This document shows, one piece after another, positions 32,848 through 43,475 of a stretch of 64,000 bases of DNA. The translations under genes and the position numbers were made by a program. The stretch comes from an uncultured delta proteobacterium (GTDB lineage Bacteria; Desulfobacterota; Binatia; UBA9968), in NCBI GenBank assembly GCA_963745035.1, contig CAVUVW010000017.1, positions 160,001-224,000 of the forward strand, in the 5' to 3' direction. The notes beneath the pieces were generated by a model that was not told the DNA's origin, made no database searches, and was given only the letters and a program-made list of their open reading frames with translations. Numbering within the stretch: position 1 is the stretch's first letter; every line of letters starts with the position of its first letter.

Positions 32848-33954
32848 TCACTTGATGACTTGATTCGCCCGCTCCAACACGCGGTTCGGAATTGTCAGGC
32901 CGATCTGTTTCGCTGCTTTAAGGTTGATGACGAATTCAAATTTCGTCGCTTGCTGCACCGGCAAATCAGCCGGTTTGGCACCTTTCAAGATCTTGTCCAC
33001 ATAATCAGCCGCGCGGCGATAGAGGTCATCGAAGTCTGTCCCGTAGGACATCAGGCCGCCCTCATCGACAAACTCCTTCCGCCAGTAAATCGCCGGCAAG
33101 CGGAATTTGACGGCAAGCTCGACGATCCGCTTTCTTTCGGCGAAAAAGAAGGGACCGGCGGTGGTCATAATCGCGCCCACCTGCTTCTGCTTCGCGGTAT
33201 TAAAGGCGCTCTCTAAACCCTTGGCGTCGCGTTGAGTTTCGATCTCCTCCAATTCGAGCTTCAGTGCTAGAGCCGCAGGCCTGAGCGCTTTCATTTGGAG
33301 GTCTACAGCTAAGCTGGTTGTCGACCCCCGCAGAAGACCAACTCGGGCGAGCTTGAGGAACGCGTCCTTGAGTACCTCTAGTCTTTTAGTATTTAACTCC
33401 GGCGCTAGACCCGAGAATCCCGTAACATTGCCTCCCGGCCGCGCCAGATTGACAGCCAGACCGGCACCCACGGGGTCCGAAGCGATCGCCACGATGGGGA
33501 TGGCAGTAGTGGCGCTCTTGGCCGATAACGCCACCGCCGGCGACGTACCCACGATGACATCAACCTTGAGACGGACTAGGTCGGCCGCAAGCTCAGGCAG
33601 GCGCTCTGACTTTTGCTCGGAAAACCGGTACTCGAAGACGATATTTTTTCCTTCGATCCAGCCAAGCTTGCGCAGCTCCTGTCGGAACGCGTCCACGAGG
33701 ACCGCGCTACCGGAAGCAGTGCTGTTATCGAGGAACCCGATGCGGAAAACTTTTCCGGTCTGCTGCGCGTCGACAGAACCGCAAAGCGCAAAGAGCATGG
33801 CGCATAAACTAGAGATCAGAAGTCGCAGGTCAGAGATCGGCTTCAAATCAAAGCGGCAGACGGCACAGAGAAAACGTCCGGCGCTCGGACGCTGATGGTT
33901 CATTCCGGATCTGGGCTTTCTGACCTCTGACATCTGACCGCTGATCTCTGTCAT
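32848..33954 (-). CDS. Array unit U15 (ERANQVIK type), intact, with repeat-derived N-terminal extension
   Basis: 368-aa ORF; MTEISGQMSEVR...PISDLRLLIS is encoded by inverted TCAGAGG-type arms. Confidence 0.88.
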   Translation of the reverse strand: MTEISGQMSEVRKPRSGMNHQRPSAGRFLCAVCRFDLKPISDLRLLISSLCAMLFALCGSVDAQQTGKVFRIGFLDNSTASGSAVLVDAFRQELRKLGWIEGKNIVFEYRFSEQKSERLPELAADLVRLKVDVIVGTSPAVALSAKSATTAIPIVAIASDPVGAGLAVNLARPGGNVTGFSGLAPELNTKRLEVLKDAFLKLARVGLLRGSTTSLAVDLQMKALRPAALALKLELEEIETQRDAKGLESAFNTAKQKQVGAIMTTAGPFFFAERKRIVELAVKFRLPAIYWRKEFVDEGGLMSYGTDFDDLYRRAADYVDKILKGAKPADLPVQQATKFEFVINLKAAKQIGLTIPNRVLERANQVIK

Positions 33955-33960
33955 TTGAGT

Positions 33961-33989
33961 TTGACTTGAATCACCAGCTGCATTATAAA
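33961..33989 (+). promoter_or_regulatory. Putative promoter of TA module 2
   Basis: TTGACT-17 nt-TATAAA; RBS AAGGAG at 34011-34016. Confidence 0.6.
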
Positions 33990-34020
33990 TAACCTCATAA
34001 GTCTTCTAACAAGGAGCATT

Positions 34021-34263
34021 ATGGGAGCAATAGCCGTTTCTAAAAAGGAAGAAGAGCAAATCGAAAGGTTGCGTAAAGACCTGGGGATCGCAAGCAAATC
34101 GGCACTGATCCGCACCGCGCTAAGAACTTTGGAAAAGAAAAGCCAGGAAGAAAAATTACGCCGCGATATCCAGGACTCCGTGAATCGCTGCGGCGCGGCC
34201 GATCGTGAGGAGAACAGAGAACTTTTCAACGCCGGTGTCGCGCGCGCGGATGGGAAGGAGTAA
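34021..34263 (+). CDS. Putative RHH-like antitoxin
   Basis: 80 aa, IERLRKDLGIASKSALIRTAL; directly upstream of PemK toxin. Confidence 0.75.
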   Translation: MGAIAVSKKEEEQIERLRKDLGIASKSALIRTALRTLEKKSQEEKLRRDIQDSVNRCGAADREENRELFNAGVARADGKE

Positions 34264-34608
34264 ATGCCCGTCAAACGGGGGCACTTATACATCATCGATT
34301 TCAATCCTCGCATCAAAACCAAGCCCGGAAAGCTTCGGCCTGGCCTAGTGCTCCAATCCGATCTCGTCAATGAGGCCGAGTATCCGTCGACTATCGTCAT
34401 TCCAACCACGACCCGGCTTGTGGAAAATCCGGGAATTCTTCGAATTCGCCTCAAGAAGGGCCAAGGCGGAGTCTCTCGCGACAGCGATCTACTGTTAGGC
34501 CAAGTGATCGCTGTGGCCAACGAGTCTTTCCGCCACGAGATTGGCTCCTTGCCAAATCCTATGATGGAAGAAGTGGAAAACCGTATCCGCATCATTCTAA
34601 ACTTGTGA
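34264..34608 (+). CDS. PemK/MazF family type II toxin
   Basis: KRGHLYIIDFNP...GKLRPGLVLQSD...STIVIPTTT. Confidence 0.9.
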   Translation: MPVKRGHLYIIDFNPRIKTKPGKLRPGLVLQSDLVNEAEYPSTIVIPTTTRLVENPGILRIRLKKGQGGVSRDSDLLLGQVIAVANESFRHEIGSLPNPMMEEVENRIRIILNL

Positions 34609-34679
34609 GAAATCTCGGCTTGGTTAGTTCTTTGGATTTTCGATTAAAGACCATCTTCCTTACGCCTCGCCCCTCACGC

Positions 34680-35664
34680 CTATCGAATCACCTTATTCGC
34701 TCGCTCAAGCACACGGTTCGGAATTGTCAGGCCGATTTGTTTCGCTGCTTTGAGGTTGATAACGAATTCAAACTTCGTCGCTTGCTGCACCGGCAAATCA
34801 GCCGGTTTGGCACCTTTCAAGATCTTGTCCACGTAAACAGCGGCGCGCCGAAAGAGGTCAGTGTTGTCCGTCCCATACGACATGAGACCTCCCTCATCGA
34901 CAAACCCCTTCTGGGTAAATAGCCGGCAACCGGTATTTGACGGCAAGCTCGACGATCCGCTTTCTTTCTGCGAAAAAGGGGCGGGTGGACATCGTCATAA
35001 TCGCGTTGACCTGCTTTTGCTTTGCCGTTTGAAAGGCGCTCTCTAAACCTTTGGCGTCGGGTTGAGCATCGATCTCCTCCAATTTCAGCTTCAGTGCCAC
35101 AGCGGCAGGCCTGATTTCTTTCAGTTGGAGGTCTCTTCCTACGCTGCCCGTTGTCCCCCGCAGAAACCCAACTCGGGCGAGCTTGGGGACCGAGTCTTTG
35201 AGTACCTCTAGCCTTTTGTGTTTAGCTCGGGCGATAAACTCGACAAGCCGGTGACGTTGCCACCCGGCCGCGCCAGGCTCGCAACCAAGCCTGCACCCAC
35301 AGGGTTCCCAGCGTTCGTCATCACGATGGGGATCGTAGTCGTGGCGCTCTTGGCCGCTAATGCTGCTGGGGTCGCTGCGACCACGATTAGATCAACCTTA
35401 AGACGAACCAGCTCCGCCGCAAGCTCAGGTAGCCGGTCATTTTTCCTCTGCAAATCGGGACTCGATGGTGAGATTCTTTCCCTCGCTCCAGCCAAGCTTG
35501 CTCAGCTCTTGCCGTAACCTCTCCAAGCGGTCCGCGATTCTGGAAGTAATGCTATCATCCAGGTAACCTATGCGGAAGATTTTTCCTGTCTGTTGCGCGT
35601 CGACAGAACCGCAAAGCGCATAGAGCACGGCGCAAAGCGCAATTGCAAAAATCTCTCGTTTCAA
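34680..35664 (-). pseudogene. Array unit U16 (ERANKVIR type), frameshifted
   Basis: MKREIFAIALCAVLYAL start; four fragments in track. Confidence 0.82.
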
Positions 35665-35701
35665 TTTCTCACCTCACGCCTGACGCCTCACCACTCACGC
35701 C

Positions 35702-36733
35702 TCACCGAATCACCCGATCCGCCCGCGCCAACACTTTCTGGGGAATGGTGACGCCAATCTGCTTTGCCGTTTTCAAGTTGATTACCAGTTCAAATTTTGT
35801 CGGCTGCTCGACGGGAAGATCGGCGGGTTTGGCGCCCTTCAGGATTTTGTCCAAGTAAGTGGCTACGCGCCGGTGGCTGTCCTCGAGGTCCGACCCGTAG
35901 GACATGAGCCCACCGGCTTCTACAGCTTCTCTGAACGCATACGTTGATGGTAACCGGCTCTGTATTGCAAAGCCCGCGATCCGTTTTTGGTTGGCTCTCA
36001 TCAGAAGGCTCGAAGTCAAGTAGAGCCCATCCGGGCGCTCCTTGTTGACGGCAGAGAACACCTGGTCAAAACCTTCCGCATCTCGTATTTCCCAAGGCCG
36101 AATCGTCAACTTCAGCGCGCGCGCCGCGACTGGGAGAACCTCTTTCAGCTCGAATGTACTCCCCCGACTGGACGGATCGTAAAGAACCGCGACGCGGGCA
36201 ACTTTGGGAACGGCTTCTTTGAGCAGCTTCAGCCGCTTACCGGCTAGTTCTGGAGAAAGGTTTGTAATGCCGGTGACGTTGCCCCCGGGACGCGCAAGGT
36301 TTTCAATTAGCCCTGCCTCGACAGGATCGAGCCCTTGGCCCAACAGAACGATGGGTATTGTGCTGGTCGCATTCTTGGCCGCGCGGATCACTGCGGTCCC
36401 TCCTGCGGCCACAAGAATATCCATCTTGAGACGCACCAACTCGGCCGCTAGCTCCGGGAGCCGATCGACCTTTCCCTCCGCATAACGGTATTCGATGGCG
36501 ATGTTCCGTCCTTCTATATAGCCGAGCTCGCGCAGAGCCAGCCGAATGGCCTCGGCACGGGCAGACTCATTAGTGGGGTCGCCCGCCGATAAATAGCCTA
36601 ACCGCGAGGTTTTCTTCGCCTGCTGCGCGTTAGCGGACGGGCAAAGCGCAAAGAGCACGGCGCAAAACGCGCAGACAACGAGTTTCAGTTTCTTACTGTT
36701 GCCTACCGCCTGTTGCCTGTTGCCTGTGATCAT
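35702..36733 (-). CDS. Array unit U17, intact
   Basis: 343-aa [14 protein letters not shown] leader. Confidence 0.9.
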   Translation of the reverse strand: MITGNRQQAVGNSKKLKLVVCAFCAVLFALCPSANAQQAKKTSRLGYLSAGDPTNESARAEAIRLALRELGYIEGRNIAIEYRYAEGKVDRLPELAAELVRLKMDILVAAGGTAVIRAAKNATSTIPIVLLGQGLDPVEAGLIENLARPGGNVTGITNLSPELAGKRLKLLKEAVPKVARVAVLYDPSSRGSTFELKEVLPVAARALKLTIRPWEIRDAEGFDQVFSAVNKERPDGLYLTSSLLMRANQKRIAGFAIQSRLPSTYAFREAVEAGGLMSYGSDLEDSHRRVATYLDKILKGAKPADLPVEQPTKFELVINLKTAKQIGVTIPQKVLARADRVIR

Positions 36734-37725
36734 CGAATCACTTTATCCGCGCTGGCCAGCACGTTTTGCGAGATCGTGAGGCCTAGCTGTTTCGCCGTCT
36801 TCAGATTGATCACCAGCTCGAACTTCGTCGGCTGCTCCACTGGAAGGTCTGCGGGCTTGGCGCCCTTTAGGATCTTGTCGACATAAGTGGCGGCGCGCCT
36901 GAAACTTTCCGTATCGCTGGATGAATAGGACATGAGGCCACCGGCCTCGACGTACTGTCTGTCCTCGTGTATTGAAGGCAGTCGGTTCTTTACGGCAAGG
37001 GCCGCAATCCGCTTTGGGTAACTTGCGGCCAGCGGACCGGTAACCGAAATGATCGCGCTCGCGCGCCCCTTGGTCGCGGCTTGGAATGCTGCCTCGTAAT
37101 CAGGATTCGGACCGCGCACCTCTAGGAATAAAAACTGCATCTTTAGTGCGCGCGCCGCAGCCTCATAATCTTTGAAAGCAATAGCCACCGCCGAGCTGCT
37201 CGCCTCTCCAAGGACTCCGACGCGCGATATCCCGGGAACCGCTTCTTTGAGCAGTTCTAGCCGCTTTCCGCTCAATTCTCGGATGAGGCCGGTGAGCCCG
37301 GTAATGTTCCCGCCGGGGCGCGCTAGGCTATCGATTAGCCCAGTGGCGACTGGATCCTGAGTTGTCACCATGACAATGGGAGTCGTCTTGGTCGCCTCCT
37401 TGGCTGCGCGGATCGCTGATAGAGATCTAACGACAAGCACATCGACCTTGAGTTGCACGAGTTCGGCCACTTGGTTTGTAATCCGGTCAGGCTTTCCTTC
37501 ACCGTAGCTATACTCGATCAGGATGTTTTTCCCCTCAATGTAACCGAGATCTCGCAGCCCTTGCCGGAATGCTTCGGCGAACGGATGGGGAGAGGTGGGG
37601 GTGGGGCTGACCCTTTGCGCCAGAAATCCTATGCGAGGTACTTTTCCTGTCTGCTGCGCCTCGACAAGAGAAGTAGTTGCCAGAAAGAGAGTTGCTAGCA
37701 GCCTGAGAGTGATTCTCTTGTTCAT
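36730..37725 (-). CDS. Array unit U18, intact
   Basis: 331-aa ORF with signal peptide. Confidence 0.9.
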   Translation of the reverse strand: MNKRITLRLLATLFLATTSLVEAQQTGKVPRIGFLAQRVSPTPTSPHPFAEAFRQGLRDLGYIEGKNILIEYSYGEGKPDRITNQVAELVQLKVDVLVVRSLSAIRAAKEATKTTPIVMVTTQDPVATGLIDSLARPGGNITGLTGLIRELSGKRLELLKEAVPGISRVGVLGEASSSAVAIAFKDYEAAARALKMQFLFLEVRGPNPDYEAAFQAATKGRASAIISVTGPLAASYPKRIAALAVKNRLPSIHEDRQYVEAGGLMSYSSSDTESFRRAATYVDKILKGAKPADLPVEQPTKFELVINLKTAKQLGLTISQNVLASADKVIR

Positions 37726-37763
37726 ATTTTTCTCTTACTCACGCCTCAGCCTGCTGCCTGTTT

Positions 37764-38788
37764 TCACTTGATCACTCTATCCGCCCGCGCCAGCACACTC
37801 GGCGGAATCGTCAGACCGATTTGCCTGGCCGCCTTGATATTGATGACCAACTCGAATTTCGTCGGTTGCTCCACCGGAAGGTCTGCCGGCTTTGCGCCTT
37901 TAAGAATCTTGTCGACATAGGTCGCCGCGCGCCGGGACAAGTCAATAAAGCTTGTGGCATAACTGACCAGGCCGCCGGCTTCGACAAATTCATCCCGTCC
38001 GTACGTCGCCGGGAATTTGTTCTTCGCTGCGAACTCGACGATCCGATTTCTGTGTGCGTTCATCAGCGGACCGCCAGCGATCATCAATCCACCGGGGCGC
38101 CATTTCATGATCGCTTGGAATTGACTATCGAAGTCTTCGGCCTTTGCCAGTTCGAACCTTTGCGTTTGTACGTTTAGCACTCGGGCGGTTGGCTCTATCT
38201 CGTCCACGCCGATCCCTTCGGTGACGTTCGTCAAATCCCTTAAAACCGCCACACGCGAGAGCTTGGGAGTAATTTCTTTAAGCAGCTCCAATCGCTTGTC
38301 ACCGAGATCCCCGCTGACATTCGTAAGCCCCGTGATATTTCCAGCCGGCCGCGCGAGACTGCTGACAAATCCCGACGCCACCGGATCGTTGTCCGACATC
38401 ATGACGATGGGAATCGTAGTGGTCGCTTCTTTGGCAGGGCGGGTCGCTGAACTTCCCGTCGTGACAATCACATCGACGTGGAGATGGACCAGCTCGGCGG
38501 CAAGCTTGGTCATTCGCTGGGCGTCGTTGTCCGCGAAGCGGTAATCGATGGTAATGTTTTGTCCCTCGATGTATCCCAGCTTTCGTAGTGCCTCTCGAAA
38601 TGCTTCGACACGATCTTTTTGAACCGTTGCCCGGTTGAGAGAAAGGAACCCGACTCGGGAATCTTTTTCGCAGACTGCTGCGCCTCGGCGGACGAGCAAA
38701 ACGCAAGGATCACGGCGCAAAGAACGCAAGCAGCGAGCTTCAGATTCCTACTGTTGCCTACCGCCTGTTGCCTGTTGCCTGTGATCAT
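37764..38788 (-). pseudogene. Array unit U19, one frameshift near 38660
   Basis: Leader in 38510-38788 frame, body in 37764-38729 frame. Confidence 0.82.
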
Positions 38789-39759
38789 CGAATCACCCGA
38801 TCCGCCCGCGCCAGCACACTCGGCGGGATGGTCAAGCCGATCTGCTTGGCAGCCTTGAGATTGATAACCAACTCGAACTTCGTCGGCTGCTCCACCGGCA
38901 AGTCGGCGGGTTTGGCACCCTTCAGAATTTTGTCGACGTAGACCGCAGCGCGCTGGAACAACGCTGGGAAGCTCGTGCCGTAAGACATAAGGCCGCCGGC
39001 TTCCACGTACTCCGTGAAGCTGTACATTGCCGGGAGTTTCTGCCTGGCCACCGCTTCTGTGATCAGCTTCCGGTTAAAGAAGATCAATGGATCCGGAAGC
39101 TCGAAGAGTGCCTGCGGTCGGTCCTTCCCAATGCCGGATAAAACCTTTTGAATCTCTTCCTGGTTTCGCGCCTCCAGGGAAATCAATGTAACTTTCAGCG
39201 CCTGCGCTTCGGTCAGACTTTCCTTGTACGCGGCCTGTTGACCCGGCTGGTTCGGGTTCCAGAGAACGGCCACGCGCGAGAGGCGTGGAACAACTTCCTT
39301 CAGTAACTCGAGCCGTTTCCCGGTCAAATCCGGAGCGATATGCGTCAGCCCAGTTATGTTTCCTCCGGGCTTCGCCAGGCTGGCGACGAATCCCGATCCT
39401 ACGGGGTCGGTGACTCCCGCCATGATGATCGGGATCGAGCTGGTTTGTTCCTTGGCGAACCGGATCGCAGGAGTAGCCGAAGAAACGATGACATCGACTT
39501 TGAGGCGAACAAAGTCGGCGACGAAGCCTGGCAAACTTTCCAACTTGCCGTCGGCCCAGCGGTACTCGATCACGATGTTGTGTCCGTCCACGTACCCAAG
39601 CTCGCGCAGCCCCTGTACAAACGCGGTAGCATGATGCCCCGCAGTGGCTTGGGAACCGGCTCCCACATAACCGATCTTTTTCGCTGGCTGCGCCAGGGCC
39701 ACCGCCCCACAGGGGGCCAGAGTCACAAAGATTGCAAACAGTCCAACGAAGCGTTTCAT
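38785..39759 (-). CDS. Array unit U20, intact
   Basis: 324-aa ORF. Confidence 0.9.
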   Translation of the reverse strand: MKRFVGLFAIFVTLAPCGAVALAQPAKKIGYVGAGSQATAGHHATAFVQGLRELGYVDGHNIVIEYRWADGKLESLPGFVADFVRLKVDVIVSSATPAIRFAKEQTSSIPIIMAGVTDPVGSGFVASLAKPGGNITGLTHIAPDLTGKRLELLKEVVPRLSRVAVLWNPNQPGQQAAYKESLTEAQALKVTLISLEARNQEEIQKVLSGIGKDRPQALFELPDPLIFFNRKLITEAVARQKLPAMYSFTEYVEAGGLMSYGTSFPALFQRAAVYVDKILKGAKPADLPVEQPTKFELVINLKAAKQIGLTIPPSVLARADRVIR

Positions 39760-39766
39760 ACCCCGC

Positions 39767-40165
39767 CTATTTTAGATTTCCGATTTTAGATTGCCGATTG
39801 ATCGGAGGATTTCCGTTGCGGTTCTGAAGAGTTCTTATTGATGCTACCGTCATTGCGATGATCTCGTTGGTTTCTTGCAACAACTCCGACAGCCTGGCCT
39901 CAGGTACAAGCCCCGATTCAATCAGTAGTTCCATCCAGTAGGCTGACTCGTCTGCTTCTTCTTCAACTATCCGAAGCTTAGCGATCACATCCGCAGTGGA
40001 CTTGCCGCGACACGCTGCTCGATAGTTAGCGCCGATCGAAGTGCCGGATCGGATCAACTGTCTACCGATCACGTCCGCGGTTCGGTTCTTCGGTAGCGCG
40101 TCGACGACTTTGATGATGCGTAAAGCTAGCTGCTTTGTGCGCTTCTTGAATACGTTTTCATCCAT
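39767..40165 (-). CDS. Four helix bundle protein (23S rRNA IVP-like / Avd-like fold family)
   Basis: FKKRTKQLALRII...GRQLIRSGTSIGANYRAACRGKS...AKLRIVEEEADESAYWMELL. Confidence 0.92.
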   Translation of the reverse strand: MDENVFKKRTKQLALRIIKVVDALPKNRTADVIGRQLIRSGTSIGANYRAACRGKSTADVIAKLRIVEEEADESAYWMELLIESGLVPEARLSELLQETNEIIAMTVASIRTLQNRNGNPPINRQSKIGNLK

Positions 40166-40211
40166 GTATTTTCTCGGCCAATCGAAAATCGGCAATCGAA
40201 AATCGAAAATG

Positions 40212-41257
40212 TCATTTAATGACTTTGTCCGCCCGCGCCAGCACACTCGGCGGAATCGTCAGACCGATTTGCTTGGCCGCCTTGATATTGATGATCAGAT
40301 CGAACTTCGTGGGCTGCTCGACAGGCAGATCGCCTGGCTTGGCGCCTTTCAAAATCTTGTCCACATACGTTGCGGCGCGCCGGTCCAAGATCGGTGATGC
40401 TTGCGCCGTAGCTCATTAACCCCCCGTTGTCGACAATTGTCGAATTGTAGTAAATCGCCGGCAGCCGGTTCTTTACCGCGAGGTCCGGAATCCCTCGGGA
40501 AAAGTTGCCGGGGAAGTTCAGCACGAGGACTGCATCCGCTCGCTCCTTGCTCGCGGTTCGTAATGCAGCCTCGATATCCTTTGAATCTCGTATGTCCAAA
40601 TATTGAATCTGCACGCCGAGCGCGCTCGCCGCGAGTTCCGTCTCTCTTAGCGATTGCGAATTGCCGGGGTTGTTAGACATACCGAGGACCGCCACGCGAG
40701 AGAGCTTGGGAACAATCTCCCTCAGAATCTCCAGTCGTTTTCCGCTTATCTCCTGGGCAAGGTTAGACAATCCCGTAATGTTTCCGCCGGGTCGCGCCAG
40801 GCTGGCGACGAACCCGTTCCCAACAGGATCGCTATCCTGCGTCATGACAATGGGAATCGTAGTGGTTGCTTGCTTGACGGCGCGGGTTGCTGTGGGACCA
40901 CCGGTGACGATGACGTCTACCTTGAGACGCACCAGCTCGGCTGCAAGCGCGGGGAGGCGATCGATTTTTCCCTCGGCAGATCGCCACTCAATGACAATGT
41001 TTTTCCCCTCGACATAACCAAGTTCACGCAGTCCCTGCCGGAATGCCTCCTGCGAACCGCTGCACTGCCGGAACGGGAGTCGGCAGTTAGATAACCTATG
41101 CGCGAAATTTTCTTCGGCTGCTGCGCCGCGGCCACCGCCCCACACATTGCGAATGCGACAGCGAGAGCAACAATCCCCACCAATTTTCGATTTTGGATTT
41201 TAGATTTTCGATTGTCGGAGCAGAGAAAGCAAAGCGCATTCGAGATGTCTTGTGCAT
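40212..41257 (-). pseudogene. Array unit U21, frameshifted
   Basis: AATCG-arm leader; body 40216-41145. Confidence 0.82.
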
Positions 41258-41294
41258 TTGTTTTTCTCCGTAATCGAAAATCGGCAATCTAAAA

Positions 41295-42342
41295 TCACTT
41301 AATAACTTTGTCCGCCCGCGCCAGCACGTTCGGCGGAATCGTCAGGCCGATCTGCTTAGCGGCATTCATATTGACGAGGAACTCGAACTTCGTCGCCTGC
41401 TGTACCGGCAAGTCGGCCGGTTTGGCGCCTTTCAAGATCTTGTCGACAAAGTCAGCGGCGCGCCGCCATAAGTCCGTATTGTCTGGCCCGTAGCTCATCA
41501 AGCCGCCGGCCTCAACAAACTCACTGTAGTGGTAGATCGCCGGCAACCGGTTCTTTGCCGCGAAGTCCAACACTTGGCGTTGCTGAGTATTGATAAGTGC
41601 ACCTGTGGTCGTAATGAGCGCCTGGGCGCGTTCCTTTTTCGCTCGTGCGAATGCGCCCTCAAAATCGTCAAGGCTTCGCACCTCCAGCGATAGAAGTTTG
41701 AGTCCCAACGCCTTGGCCGCAGCCTCCATATCTGTGAGGGCCAGGTTTCCCCTCGTTCCACCCGGTTCCCAGAGGAAGGCCACCCGGGCAACCTTAGGGA
41801 AGGCTTCCTTGAGCAGCTCCAACCGTTTGCCATCTAGATCTGGCACCATGAGACTAAGACCGGTGATATTCCCGCCTGGTTGCGCCAGGCTGGAGACAAG
41901 CCCAGTTCCTACTGGATCGGAAGCAGCGGCGAATACGATGGGAATCGTCGCGCTCGCCTTCTTGGCAGCTAATGTAGCGCCGGGGCCGGCTGGTGACGAT
42001 GACGTCAACTTTGAGACGGACCAGTTCGGCTGCAAGGTCAGGCAGCCGTTCGCCTTTCCCTTCTGCATAACGGTACTCAATGACAATGTTTTTTCCTTCG
42101 ACATAGCCAAGCTCGCGCAGCCCTTGGCGAAATGCTTCGACCCGGGCCGAGAGGAAGGACGCGGAGGACGGGATCAGAATTCCTATCCGGTGAATTCTCG
42201 CCGGCTGCTGCGCCTGAACCACCGCCCCGCCAAACGTGACCGCGAGGACGATTGCAAAGAGCCCCGCCCATTTTCGATTTTCGATTTTGGATTCTTAGAT
42301 TGTTGGTCGAATAGACTTCGATCCAAAGATCACTTTCTGCAT
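41295..42342 (-). pseudogene. Array unit U22, frameshifted
   Basis: Fragments 41854-42222 and 41295-42110. Confidence 0.82.
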
Positions 42343-42367
42343 TGCTCTTCTCGCCTCATCCAAAATT

Positions 42368-43429
42368 CTACCGAATGACCCGATCCGCCCGCGCCAGCAC
42401 GCTTCGGCGGTATCGTCGAGGCCGATCTGTTTCGCCGTCTTCTGATTGATCACCAGCTCAAACTTCGTCGGCTGCTCCACGGGGAGATCGGCAGGCTTGG
42501 CTCCCTTCAGGATTTTGTCCACGTAGGTGGCTGCGCGCCGGTAGCTGTCCGCGACGTCCGCCCCGTAGGACATGAGCCCACCGGCATCTACAGCTTCTCT
42601 GGTGTAGTACATCGACGGTAACCGACTCTTTAACGCAAAGCCCGCGATCCGTTTTTGATTAGCAGTCATTAGCGGGCCCGCGATGACGTAGAGTCCATCC
42701 GGGCGCTCCTTATTCAGCCCAGCGAATACCTTCTCGAAACCGTCCGCAGCTCGTGCTTCCGAAGGCTGAATAGTCAACCCCAGCGCACGCGCTGCGACTG
42801 GGAGATCCAATTTTACCTCGAGTACACTGGGCCGATTGGCCGACTCGTAGAGAACCGCGACACGGGCAACTTTGGGAACGGCTTCTTTGAGCACCTCCAG
42901 CCGCTTCCCGCCTAGTTCTCTGGAAAGGGTTGTAAGGCCGGTGACGTTGCCGCCGGGACGGGCAAGGCTTTCAACTAGGCCCGCCTCGACAGGATCGGCC
43001 GAAAGGCCCATCATAACTATGGGAATCGTCTTGGTCGCATTCTTGGCCGCCCGGATCATTCGTGATCCCTCCTGGTACCACGATGAGATCAACCTTGAGA
43101 CGCACGAGCTCGGCCGCAAGCTCAGGGAGCCGATCGACCTTCCCCTCCGTATATCGGTATTCGAAGGCGATGTTCTGTCCTTCTATGTAGCCAAGCTCGC
43201 GCAGAGCCAGCCGAAATGGCTCGGCACGGACGGACTCAGTAGCTGCATCGATCCCCGATAGATACCCTATCCGCTGGACTTTCTTCGCCTGCTGCGCCTG
43301 AGCCACAGCCCCACAAATTGCGAATGCGACAGCGAGAGCAAAGATCCCCACCAATTTTCGATTTTCGATTTTCGATTTTCGATTGCCGGAACAAGAATCG
43401 GAAACTCGCTTCGTCGAAAATACTTTCAT
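42368..43429 (-). pseudogene. Array unit U23, frameshifted
   Basis: MKVFSTKRVSDSCSGNRKSKIENRKLVG leader; fragments 42971-43459, 42295-43119. Confidence 0.82.
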
Positions 43430-43475
43430 GCGTCTTCTCACGTAATCGAAAATCGGCAATCGAAAATCAAAAATG

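Noticed and set aside
33951-33980. Vestigial tail next to TA module 2 (ttgaatcaccagctg)
   Set aside because: Too short to distinguish from chance and overlaps the TA promoter.
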